64,000 nt of DNA from Desulfurococcaceae archaeon (lineage in GTDB: Archaea > Thermoproteota > Thermoprotei_A > Sulfolobales > Desulfurococcaceae), in contig JAWAPI010000001.1 of the NCBI GenBank assembly GCA_038894495.1, forward strand, positions 13,796 to 77,795, read 5' to 3'. Positions 26,934 through 36,394 of this stretch are shown one piece after another (position 1 is the first letter of the stretch; every line of letters begins with the position of its first letter). Both the position numbers and the translations under genes were made by a program. The notes under the pieces are model-generated. The model was not told where the DNA came from and did not search any database. It saw nothing but the letters and a program-made list of their open reading frames with translations.

Positions 26934-28829
26934 ATGGGTATTCAAGACGAAGCCATAGCCCAGTATAAGGACCCGCTCCTAGAATATGCTAGTTGGAATC
27001 GTCTTGATGTTAATGAGAACGCTAATAGGTATCAAGGTCCTAGTAGCTTCTTCGCCTGGTTGCTAGATAAGTACGTTGAGAGAGATGCTTATAGCTTAAT
27101 TCCACAGTATCTACTGAAAGCACACATAGATGGAACTATATATATACATAAGCTACCACATAGTGTTTATATACCATACTGTACTGGTCACAGTATCGCG
27201 AGGTTATTGAAAAAAGGTCTTAGAACAATTACAATTATCTCTCGTCCCTCTAGACACTTTGATACACTAGTAGATCACATAGCCAACTACCTTATCACAA
27301 TGCAACACTACTTCACGGGTGCACAGGCACTGTCAAGCGTTGAATGGTATGCAGGGCCATTCATAAGAAACGATAAGCTAACACAGAGACAAGTAAAGCA
27401 ACAAGTGCAAAGACTACTCTACAACCTAAACTACCCGACTAGGATAGGCTTACAGACACCTTTCACGAACTTCACTATCACCATGGATGCTCCTAGGAAG
27501 ATGCTTGAGGGAGATAGAGCAATCTATGGAGGAGTAGAGGTTGAACCTCTTGGTGCCTACGAGGATGAAGCCAAGCTATTCCTCAAGACCCTTATCGAAC
27601 TATACCACGAGGGTGACAGCGTTGGGCAACCTTTCACTTTCCCTATTCCAACCCTAATGGTCACAGCCAAGTGGATATGGGAAGACCCTGAGATACACGA
27701 CGCAGTGTTCAGGACAGCGGCTAGGAGAGGTAGCTTCTACTGGTTGAACACGAGGATAGTGGATCCGGATGGAGCATTCGCAATGTGTTGTAGGATCTCC
27801 ATTGACCGTAAAGAATTAATTGAAGCTTATAGGAACTCTAAGTTTACTCTAAGCTTGAGGAAAGACCTCGAGGAGGTCAGCGAGCAATACTGGAAAACCC
27901 TGGAGAGGCAGAGATTTGGCGGTCTATGGGCTATGCCTGATATAACTGGTAGCATCAACGTAGTAGACGTGAACCTTCCAAGACTAGCCCTAGAAGCAAG
28001 GAAAGAGGAGTCTAGGTTCTGGGAGCTATACAACCAGGTGCTCAAGCTAACTAGGGAGGCATGTGAATGGTTTAGAAACCGCTACACCACTATAATGAAG
28101 AACTATCCGAACTTCTACGCGATGATATCAGAATACATGCCGGAGTTCCCTGCATTCCACTTTAACACTATTGGCTTAATTGGATTACCCGAGGCAGCAG
28201 CTATTCTCCTAGCTGAGCCTAAGCTCTGGTTAGATGGCTCGCGTAGTGACTGGTTACGCGCAGCTGATTTAATGAGAAAGATTGTTGAGCACGCTACAAC
28301 CACTGCTAGGATGTGGATGCAAGAGAAGAGTGTGCCGTGGAACGTAGAGGAAGTGCCTGGTGAGTCAGCCTCACCTAAGCTCGCCTTGCTGGATTTAAAG
28401 AGATACCCCGAGCTAGCTGAGTATCTACCTGACCCCGAGAACCCTGTTTACGCTACGAGCATAGCACCATACTACGCTGACATGGAGTTACCTGACCGAG
28501 TTGAAGTAGAGCAGAGAGTTCAGAAATACTTTACTGGCGGTGTAATGATGCATATATTCCTAGGCGAGGAGGCTGAGCCAGAAGCGCTTTCATCTCTGAC
28601 AAAGAAACTCATCAACACCGATCTCGTATACTGGAGTTATACCCCAGCAATAACACACTGCAACGCTTGTGATAAAACCTTTACAGGCCAGTACACCACG
28701 TGCCCAGCATGTGGAAGCGAAAACATTGATATATGGAGTAGGATAATTGGATACTACCGTCCACTCAGAAACTGGAATCCACAGCGAAGAAGAGAATTCT
28801 GGACAAGGAAACATTATTTCCCCATGTAA
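26934..28829 (+). CDS. nrdD: anaerobic ribonucleoside-triphosphate reductase (class III)
   Basis: C-terminal Zn site CNACD..CPACG followed by the glycyl-radical motif SRIIGYYRP. 631 aa. SD-like GAGGTG lies upstream. Confidence 0.9.
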   Translation: MGIQDEAIAQYKDPLLEYASWNRLDVNENANRYQGPSSFFAWLLDKYVERDAYSLIPQYLLKAHIDGTIYIHKLPHSVYIPYCTGHSIARLLKKGLRTITIISRPSRHFDTLVDHIANYLITMQHYFTGAQALSSVEWYAGPFIRNDKLTQRQVKQQVQRLLYNLNYPTRIGLQTPFTNFTITMDAPRKMLEGDRAIYGGVEVEPLGAYEDEAKLFLKTLIELYHEGDSVGQPFTFPIPTLMVTAKWIWEDPEIHDAVFRTAARRGSFYWLNTRIVDPDGAFAMCCRISIDRKELIEAYRNSKFTLSLRKDLEEVSEQYWKTLERQRFGGLWAMPDITGSINVVDVNLPRLALEARKEESRFWELYNQVLKLTREACEWFRNRYTTIMKNYPNFYAMISEYMPEFPAFHFNTIGLIGLPEAAAILLAEPKLWLDGSRSDWLRAADLMRKIVEHATTTARMWMQEKSVPWNVEEVPGESASPKLALLDLKRYPELAEYLPDPENPVYATSIAPYYADMELPDRVEVEQRVQKYFTGGVMMHIFLGEEAEPEALSSLTKKLINTDLVYWSYTPAITHCNACDKTFTGQYTTCPACGSENIDIWSRIIGYYRPLRNWNPQRRREFWTRKHYFPM

Positions 28830-28921
28830 ACTCCTCAAACAGGAACATGGATTCTTAAGTGATAAGGCAACCATTAAACTAGATATAGTAGAAACTAAAT
28901 CCTATTACACAGGTTTTTACT

Positions 28922-29686
28922 TTGAAACTCCTAGTTGCTGGTTGGAAAAACACCTCACTGGTCGATGTGTATGGATACGTGTCATTCACTATCTGGACCT
29001 GTGGTTGTAATCTTCGATGTCCATTCTGCCACAACTGGAGAATAGCGGATAAAGACCCTGCTCTATGCAGAGAAATAGATGTTATCAAGATACTCGAGGA
29101 CTTGGAAGCAAGTAGATTCCTAGTAGATTATATACATGTAACGGGAGGTGAACCACTTCTGCAGCATAGTGGTCTCGAAGAATTGTTCACTGGAGCAGAT
29201 GCTCTTGGTGTTAAACGTAGTCTTAACTCTAATCTAACAGTACCACGACCACTGAGGATCCTGCTCGAGAAAAAACTAGTAGATCATGTGGCTACAGATC
29301 TGAAGATACCGCCAGAAGAGCTTTATGGCTTAACTCGCGAGTTATCTATACTCTACTGGAGAAGATTCATAGAATCATTAAGCCTTGTGAAAGAGTATGG
29401 TATCAAACTAGAGCTGAGAATACCAATATGGAAGAAGATTACCGCGGATGTTTTATCAAGATATCTAGGTGAAATAGAACCAGCTGTTGACAAGGATAAC
29501 ACCTTGATCTTGTTGAATCCATTGCTTAAGGATCCATTTGTAAAGCCTCGTGACACAGCATGGTGTAGTGAAAACCTCGGTGTAAGCGAGAAACTGATAG
29601 AGCAACTCATAGAGACCCTTAGATCCAAGGGATTCTCTAAGATAGCCGTTAAATCTATACCTGGATTCGCAGGCTCCAGGCTTTGA
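28922..29686 (+). CDS. nrdG: anaerobic RNR activating enzyme (radical SAM)
   Basis: GCNLRCPFCHNW radical-SAM cluster motif, directly downstream of nrdD. TTG start. Confidence 0.8.
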   Translation: MKLLVAGWKNTSLVDVYGYVSFTIWTCGCNLRCPFCHNWRIADKDPALCREIDVIKILEDLEASRFLVDYIHVTGGEPLLQHSGLEELFTGADALGVKRSLNSNLTVPRPLRILLEKKLVDHVATDLKIPPEELYGLTRELSILYWRRFIESLSLVKEYGIKLELRIPIWKKITADVLSRYLGEIEPAVDKDNTLILLNPLLKDPFVKPRDTAWCSENLGVSEKLIEQLIETLRSKGFSKIAVKSIPGFAGSRL

Positions 29687-29783
29687 TCGACTCGTAGTAG
29701 CATTAAACAGATCACCGAGATCGAGTGGAGCGACATATGGGTTAAAACGAGATCGCGTTGTATATAGAGAGAGGTAGGACTCG

Positions 29784-30716
29784 ATGTCTAAATTCTCGCC
29801 TAGCGTCAGACTCTTGTTCTGGCTTAGAGAAGCTGAAAAGGTCATAACTGCTTCTGCCAAGGCAACATTGTCTCCAAGAGACCTAGTCGATATAGTTGAG
29901 AACTACACTAACGACGACGTAGAGAACTGGGTGCGTGAGTTGATAACCAGGGGACACGGTAGCCCCCTAGAACACTCACTATATATCTTCGAGATAGTGT
30001 GTAGTCGTGTATGTAGCCACCAGTTAGTTAGACACAGGCATGCTAGCTATAGCCAGCTATCTCAGAGATACAGTGATAAATACTTAAGAGGACTTTTGGT
30101 GAAAGCATGCGAGCACATTGGATGCGAATATAGAGAAGACTATAGATATTACATTGACATCCTGGATGAGCTAGCCGTGTCTCAACTAGACTTCGATACG
30201 CTACTAGACATTATCGGGGAGGCTTATATTTTACCACAAGTAATCGTGGAAAAGAGGGATAAGGCGCTCTTGAAGATACTTTTAGAATCGACGAGGAGGT
30301 ATTATGAGGCCTTAGTAAAGGGTGTATCTTATGAGGATGCACGTTATCTACTTCCACAAGCCGTTAAGACCAGAGTGATCATGTCCATGAATGCGCGAGA
30401 GCTAGTAGAGGTGTTCCTTCCTCTCAGGATGTGTACCCGGGCACAGTGGGAGATTAGAATGCTTGCCTGGGGTATCTGGAAGCAACTCATGGAGATACAT
30501 CCATTAGTATTCAAGTATACTGGTCCAAGATGTGTATTCATGGAGAACAGGATTAGAGAAAATCCATGCTCGCTTGTAGACTACTTAGAAGAGAGATGTG
30601 ATTTCACAGTAGAGAGATGTCCAGAGAAGCGACCACGAGGTGAGATAAAGCAATGTATTAGAAAAGCATGTTCAAAAATCAATCTGTATAAAAATAATCC
30701 GAAAACCAGAGTATAG
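29784..30716 (+). CDS. thyX: flavin-dependent thymidylate synthase ThyX
   Basis: ThyX signature RHRHASYSQLSQRY. Longer than usual at 310 aa. Confidence 0.9.
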   Translation: MSKFSPSVRLLFWLREAEKVITASAKATLSPRDLVDIVENYTNDDVENWVRELITRGHGSPLEHSLYIFEIVCSRVCSHQLVRHRHASYSQLSQRYSDKYLRGLLVKACEHIGCEYREDYRYYIDILDELAVSQLDFDTLLDIIGEAYILPQVIVEKRDKALLKILLESTRRYYEALVKGVSYEDARYLLPQAVKTRVIMSMNARELVEVFLPLRMCTRAQWEIRMLAWGIWKQLMEIHPLVFKYTGPRCVFMENRIRENPCSLVDYLEERCDFTVERCPEKRPRGEIKQCIRKACSKINLYKNNPKTRV

Positions 30717-30732
30717 TAGAGGTGTAGGTTAA

Positions 30733-31260
30733 TTGATTCTAAGTGACTGGGATATAAGGGTCTACCTGGAGAAGAAACTCCTTATCATAGATCCTTTAAA
30801 CGAGGATACTATTAGAGAGAATGGCGTGGATCTTAGATTTGGCTATAGGTTTTGTAGATTCCGCGGAGACGATACAATAGTTGACACGAAGTTAATGAAT
30901 GTTCCCGAGGTGCTTAACTGCGTAGATGCATTAGGATACGATGGCTTCGTAATAGCGCCTAGCGAACATGTATTAGCCACGACTCTCGAGTGGGTTGAGC
31001 TTCCACACGACTTAGTAGGCTTAGTGAATCTAAGGAGTAGTTTTGCCAGAGCTGGTATATATATACCACCAACGGTAATAGACGCGGGTTTCAAGGGAAA
31101 CATAACAATCGAGTTAATTGGTGGTCCTCACCCAGTTAGAGTATACCCAGATCAGCGGTTCCTCCACGTAGTGTTTCTGCGTACAAGTAGCCCAGTATAT
31201 AAGCCGTACCAGGGTAAATACCAAGGACAGGTAAACGTGACACCTCCTAAACCAGACTAG
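30733..31260 (+). CDS. dcd: dCTP deaminase (dCTP deaminase/dUTPase superfamily)
   Basis: MILSDWDIR start, ..GVDLRFG.., GLVNLRSSFARAGI, DAGFKGNITIEL. Confidence 0.85.
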   Translation: MILSDWDIRVYLEKKLLIIDPLNEDTIRENGVDLRFGYRFCRFRGDDTIVDTKLMNVPEVLNCVDALGYDGFVIAPSEHVLATTLEWVELPHDLVGLVNLRSSFARAGIYIPPTVIDAGFKGNITIELIGGPHPVRVYPDQRFLHVVFLRTSSPVYKPYQGKYQGQVNVTPPKPD

Positions 31261-32636
31261 TGAAAGATCGGTTTAATCCACTTTCCTCTTCTCCTGCCCG
31301 TTATTTCATGGTTTTCAACAATAACCTCTCCTCTTAGAATAACATATTTAATCTCTCCTCTCACACGCCAGTTTAGATATGGTGTTAGTTTATATCGGTA
31401 TTCAAGCCAATGCTCATCTATAATGAAATCTCTACTGGGGTCGACTATTACAATATCCCCGCTTGACCCAGGGAATATAGCACCTTTATATGGCCATAGT
31501 TTGAATAGTTTAGCGGGGCTCTCAGCTAGTAGCCTTGGAATAGACGTCAATGGTATTACTCCTCGGAGAGCAAGATCTAGTATCAGTGGGAACAATGTTT
31601 GAACACCGGGAAATCCAGCAGATGCTTCCCAAATAGATCTATATTTCTCCTCTGGAGTGTGAGGAGCATGATCTGATCCTAAGACATCTATGAAACCAGA
31701 TACGATTGATTCTAGTAATGCTTTTCTATGGTCTCCACCTCTAATTGGAGGGTTGACTTTTATTAGAGATCCATATTTAGCGTAGTCAGCCTTATCGAGA
31801 AGTAAGTATTGTGGACATGTCTCGGATGTGATGTCAACTCCTTCTTCTCTAGCTTTTTTAATCTCGTCAAGGGCCTCTTTTGATGATACATGAACTATAT
31901 GTGTTTTTCCCTTGGTATGCTTAGCTATGAGCGCTATCTTAGCTATGGAATATGCCTCAGTTATTGGTGGTCTAGCTGCTTCATGTAGTTCTGGGTCTGT
32001 TCCAATTTTCATTGCTTTCTCCGTGAAGTATCTTACTAGCGAATTGTCTTCCGCGTGGAACATTATTCTTGTATTCGTCTTACCTGACTTATCGAGAATC
32101 TCGTATAAGCCTTGATCACTTGGAGGAGGTATATTACCTGTTGTTGGACCCATAAAAACCTTGAATCCGACAACACCTGCATTTAGCATCTCCTCGAATC
32201 TATCAATATTTGAGTCATGGAGAACACCTAATAGTGCGAAGTCAACATAGGCCTTTGACTCTAGAAGTTTTGACTTTGAGTATACTATACTAGCTGAGTC
32301 AACAGGTGGAATTGTGTTAGGATGATCTATAATGGTTGTAACTCCACCTTTTATCGCTGCTCTAGATCCATGTTCAAAGTCATCTTTGTATTCTAAACCA
32401 GGCTCTCTCATGTGAACATGTTCATCTATAACTCCTGGGAATACATAGTATCCAGATGCATCTATAACATTGTCAACACCATTTCTTGATATATTTTCTC
32501 CGATTTCTGATATTATTCCATCAATGATCTTTATATCGAGCTTGAATATCCCTCTACGTGTAACTAGAAGTCCATTTTTTACAAGTATATTTCCCAATAT
32601 ATAGCACCTTTCCGTGTTAACTATTTTATCTTGCAA
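31257..32636 (-). CDS. cyclic amidohydrolase (dihydroorotase/allantoinase/dihydropyrimidinase family)
   Basis: PGVIDEHVHMREPG (HxH metal site), AAIKGGVTTIIDHPNT, HAED, SDHAPH. 459 aa. I cannot distinguish PyrC from a catabolic enzyme by eye. Confidence 0.75.
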   Translation of the reverse strand: MQDKIVNTERCYILGNILVKNGLLVTRRGIFKLDIKIIDGIISEIGENISRNGVDNVIDASGYYVFPGVIDEHVHMREPGLEYKDDFEHGSRAAIKGGVTTIIDHPNTIPPVDSASIVYSKSKLLESKAYVDFALLGVLHDSNIDRFEEMLNAGVVGFKVFMGPTTGNIPPPSDQGLYEILDKSGKTNTRIMFHAEDNSLVRYFTEKAMKIGTDPELHEAARPPITEAYSIAKIALIAKHTKGKTHIVHVSSKEALDEIKKAREEGVDITSETCPQYLLLDKADYAKYGSLIKVNPPIRGGDHRKALLESIVSGFIDVLGSDHAPHTPEEKYRSIWEASAGFPGVQTLFPLILDLALRGVIPLTSIPRLLAESPAKLFKLWPYKGAIFPGSSGDIVIVDPSRDFIIDEHWLEYRYKLTPYLNWRVRGEIKYVILRGEVIVENHEITGRRRGKWIKPIFH

Positions 32637-32659
32637 TATATATCTATACTAGTTAAGCA

Positions 32660-35062
32660 ATGGAGATGATTATTGTCTCTTATCTGGTGGGTTTATTGGA
32701 GGACCCTTATAGGCTAGTTGAGAAATGGCTTCGAGCAGAGTCCTATATCGTGGTTGGCAAAAGCATGGCTAGAGTAGATGCATTAGATAAGGCGATTGGA
32801 AAAGCAATGTTCACGGAGGATTACTATATTGAGTACTTAATTGAGAATGCATTATTTATAAAACAAGTACTTAGTCCATACCCACATGCTAGGATTAGAA
32901 AAATAGATTTATCAAGAGCACTATCTATCCCAGGAGTTCATGGTATTATAACAGCTAGGGATATCCCAGGTTTAAACCAGGTTGGATACGCTCTTCCAGA
33001 TCAACCTTTACTGGCGGAGAGCAAGGTGAGATACCCAGGTGAAGTGGTCGCGCTTGTTGCAGCTTCAGATTATGATAAGGCATTTAAAGCCGTTGAGGAG
33101 GTATTTGTAGAGTATGAGCAGCTTCCAGCTCTTCTAGATCCATTAGAATCTCTTCGTAGGACAGATATACTTATACACGAGGAGAAGGGCTCTAACATAG
33201 CGTATACAACGAGAGTTAGAAAAGGAGATGTAGAAGAGGGTTTTTCTAGGTCTCAAGTGGTTGTTGAAAACGAATATAGATTACATCATCAGGAACACTT
33301 GTATTTAGAAACAGAGGCGGCAATCGCATTCCCAGATACAGAGGGGAAAGTGACAGTTATTGGAACACTTCAATACCCTCACCTAGGCCAGAAGATAGTA
33401 GCTAGAGTCCTAGGGGTTCCTATGAGTAGGGTCAAGGTTATAGCTCCATATATTGGTGGTGGTTTTGGAGGCAAAGACGATGAAGGACCACTAGTTTGCT
33501 CAAAAGCTGCCCTTGTAGCATACTTGTTGAGAAAACCTGTGTTTCTAATGTATAGTAGAGAAGAATCTCTAAGGATTCATCCCAAGAGAGAAGCAGCGAT
33601 TATAAAGTATAGAAGTGGTGCTAGTTCAAATGGAAAACTCCAAGCAATAGATGTAGTGATTATCCATGATACAGGTGCATATGCTAATAGAGCACCATTT
33701 ATACTGTGGAGAGCTACAATGCATGCATCAGGGCCGTACGAAGTGCCTAACGCTAGGGTAGATGGATACGCTGTTTACACTAACAAAGTGTATCAAGGCT
33801 CTTTTAGAGGATTTGGAAACGTGTCAATTCAATTCGCTGTTGAGAGACAAATGGATTTGCTAGCCGAGAAACTAGGCTTAGACCCAGTTGATTTTAGACT
33901 TAGAAATGTCCTTAGAGAAGGCTCGTATACTATTACAAATCAATTACTAGATCACTCGGTGGGTGTGGGCGAGGCGCTTAGGAAAGTAGCTGAAAAAGCT
34001 GATTGGTGGAATAAGAGAAGAATGTATAGCATGGTTAATGAAGTTAACCCGAGATTTAAGAAAGGAATTGGTGTAGCTGTCGCTTGGCATGGTATAAGTA
34101 CATCGAGGGCTGTCCCCGACTGGTCTAATGCGTATGTAAAGATCGAGTTAGATGGCTCTGTAACAATTTACACTGGAATCGTTGAGATGGGCCAGGGATC
34201 ACCTGTCTCATCACATGTTCAATTAGCGAGCGAGCTTCTAGGTATACCAGTAGACTATATCAAAGTTGTTTTCGCGACAACCGATGCACCCGATACTGGC
34301 GCTACTCATGCATCCCGTGGGACAGGTATAGGAGGCCTTGGTGTCCAGGTTGCAGTAGCTAAGATTAGAGAAAGAATGGAGTGGTTAGCTAGTCAAATAC
34401 TAGGCGTTGATCCAGGCGACATAGTGTTTAGAGATGGAAGAGTGTATTCGAGGAGAGAACCAGATAAGGGTATTTCATGGATAGACCTAGTTCGAGAAGC
34501 CTATGCAAGAGGCGTTGAGACATCCGCGACGGGCTACTACCACCTACCTAAGGGAAGATTTGATGAGGCCTTAGGGCAGGGGTTTGCATACCCTGCCTAC
34601 AGCTATATTGTAGTAATAACAGAGGTGGAGGTAGATACGTGGACGGGGTTTGTTAAGATTCTCCATGTATATCCAGCTCTAGCATCAGGTAAAATAATTA
34701 ATCCACAACAAGTAGAAGGACAGATCGAGGGCGCGTTTGTACAAGCTCTTGGATACACCCTCATGGAGAAACTATACTTTAATGAGCAAGGAGCTATTTT
34801 AAACACTAATCTAACAGACTATGTTATTCCAACAGCTAAGGAAACACCTAGATTCGAGACACCTATATACATTGAAGACCTCTTTAAACACGGAGCCTTC
34901 GGGGCAAAGGGGGTTGGAGAAATGGCTTTGATACCGGGGCCTGCTTCTATCGCTAATGCAATAGCCCATGCACTCGGGGTGAATATAGTGTCAACTCCTC
35001 TAACACCATGGAAAATACTTGAGTACTTGAAGAACATGGAAAAGAGTGATAGGTATGTATAG
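32660..35062 (+). CDS. molybdenum hydroxylase large (Mo-pterin) subunit, set 1 (xanthine dehydrogenase/aldehyde oxidase/CoxL family)
   Basis: VGKSMARVDALDKAIGKAMFTEDY N-terminus, GGGFGGK, YQGSFRGFGNVSIQFAVERQMD, GAFGAKGVGEMA. The start codon is uncertain (GTG/TTG alternatives 27-36 nt in). Confidence 0.85.
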   Translation: MEMIIVSYLVGLLEDPYRLVEKWLRAESYIVVGKSMARVDALDKAIGKAMFTEDYYIEYLIENALFIKQVLSPYPHARIRKIDLSRALSIPGVHGIITARDIPGLNQVGYALPDQPLLAESKVRYPGEVVALVAASDYDKAFKAVEEVFVEYEQLPALLDPLESLRRTDILIHEEKGSNIAYTTRVRKGDVEEGFSRSQVVVENEYRLHHQEHLYLETEAAIAFPDTEGKVTVIGTLQYPHLGQKIVARVLGVPMSRVKVIAPYIGGGFGGKDDEGPLVCSKAALVAYLLRKPVFLMYSREESLRIHPKREAAIIKYRSGASSNGKLQAIDVVIIHDTGAYANRAPFILWRATMHASGPYEVPNARVDGYAVYTNKVYQGSFRGFGNVSIQFAVERQMDLLAEKLGLDPVDFRLRNVLREGSYTITNQLLDHSVGVGEALRKVAEKADWWNKRRMYSMVNEVNPRFKKGIGVAVAWHGISTSRAVPDWSNAYVKIELDGSVTIYTGIVEMGQGSPVSSHVQLASELLGIPVDYIKVVFATTDAPDTGATHASRGTGIGGLGVQVAVAKIRERMEWLASQILGVDPGDIVFRDGRVYSRREPDKGISWIDLVREAYARGVETSATGYYHLPKGRFDEALGQGFAYPAYSYIVVITEVEVDTWTGFVKILHVYPALASGKIINPQQVEGQIEGAFVQALGYTLMEKLYFNEQGAILNTNLTDYVIPTAKETPRFETPIYIEDLFKHGAFGAKGVGEMALIPGPASIANAIAHALGVNIVSTPLTPWKILEYLKNMEKSDRYV

Positions 35063-35939
35063 GCTACCTAAATTCGAGTACTTTAAAGCGAGAAGTGTTG
35101 AAAACGCTGTTGAGTTATTAAGCAAGTACAAGAATGCTAAGTTACTTGCAGGTGGCACAGACCTACTAGTTGATATGAAAATAGGTAGAGTTAAGCCAGA
35201 TTATGTGATCGATATTAGCGGTATTGAAGAGCTTAGATACATAGTAGATACTGGTGAATCATTAAATATAGGTTCTTTAACAACTATTCAGGATATACTA
35301 GACTCCCCTGTCGTCAAGAATAAAACCCCCTTACTAAGAGAGGTAGCATTGAAATTCGCGTATTGGCAAGTGCGAAACACAGCTACAATAGGTGGTAATA
35401 TATGTAATGCATCGCCCGCTGCTGATTTTGCCCCTCCTTTACTTTCTTACGAGGCTGTTCTAAGAACTATTAGCTCGAGAGGAGAACGATTCATACCAGT
35501 TACAGAGTTTTTCCAGGGACCTAGGCAGACAACGCTACGTGATGATGAAATACTCCTCGAGGTCATTATTCCATATAAACACTTGGAGAGAGCTGGTTTC
35601 TCCTATATGAAAATCGGTAGAAGACAAGGACATGATATATCAATAGTATCTATCGCGGCCCTTGTAGTCATAGTAGATAATACTATAATAGATGCTAGGG
35701 TAGCTCTTAACTCTGTTGCTTCTAAGCCTGTTAGAGCACGTAGTGTTGAGCAAGTAGTAATCAATAGAGAACCCGCAATGATCGTTTTCGAAGAGGCTTC
35801 GAGGCAAGTAGAGAAAGATATATCGCCTATAACGGATATAAGAGCACCAGCCGAGTATAGATTACACATTGCCAAGATCCTTACACGTGAGGCCCTCTTA
35901 GAGGCTTCAAAAAGGGCTTTAAGGTGTGGATTTGAATGA
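35046..35939 (+). CDS. molybdenum hydroxylase FAD-binding medium subunit, set 1 (CoxM/CutM-like)
   Basis: LLAGGTDLLVDMK, TIGGNICNASPAADFAPPLL, DIRAPAEYRLHIA. Confidence 0.85.
   Translation: MIGMYRLPKFEYFKARSVENAVELLSKYKNAKLLAGGTDLLVDMKIGRVKPDYVIDISGIEELRYIVDTGESLNIGSLTTIQDILDSPVVKNKTPLLREVALKFAYWQVRNTATIGGNICNASPAADFAPPLLSYEAVLRTISSRGERFIPVTEFFQGPRQTTLRDDEILLEVIIPYKHLERAGFSYMKIGRRQGHDISIVSIAALVVIVDNTIIDARVALNSVASKPVRARSVEQVVINREPAMIVFEEASRQVEKDISPITDIRAPAEYRLHIAKILTREALLEASKRALRCGFE
35391..35426. repeat. 36-nt patch identical between the two FAD-subunit paralogues (copy 1)
   Basis: ggtggtaatatatgtaatgcatcgcccgctgctgat equals 39133-39168. Confidence 0.9.
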
Positions 35940-36388
35940 TAACTAGATTTATATTGAACGGTAAACTGGTTGAAGTGGATGTAGATCCCGGGGAGATTTT
36001 ATTAAATACTCTTAGATTTAAACTTAAAGTTAAAAGTGTTAAACGCTCTTGTGAAAGAGGCGAGTGTGGTAGTTGCACCGTCTTAGTTAATGGTAAGCCT
36101 GTTTTATCATGTATTATTCTAACACCTCAAGTAGAGGGTAAAGAAGTCGTAACAGTGGAGGGGTTGTTAAATGACCCATTATTTAACAAGCTTATAAAGA
36201 ACTTTATCGAGAATGGAGCTATACAATGTGGATTCTGCACCCCAGGTATTCTACTAACAGCATGGGCTGGTATTAAAGAGGGGAAGATGACCTCCATTGA
36301 TAGTATAAGGGAATACCTTGGAAACCTATGTAGATGCACTGGCTATGTTAAAATAATGAATGCTATTTACAAGGCAATCACAGAGTGA
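35936..36388 (+). CDS. molybdenum hydroxylase [2Fe-2S] small subunit, set 1 (CoxS/CutS-like)
   Basis: CERGECGSCTVLVNG and QCGFCTPG..CRCTGY cluster motifs. Confidence 0.9.
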   Translation: MITRFILNGKLVEVDVDPGEILLNTLRFKLKVKSVKRSCERGECGSCTVLVNGKPVLSCIILTPQVEGKEVVTVEGLLNDPLFNKLIKNFIENGAIQCGFCTPGILLTAWAGIKEGKMTSIDSIREYLGNLCRCTGYVKIMNAIYKAITE

Positions 36389-36394
36389 GATCTT

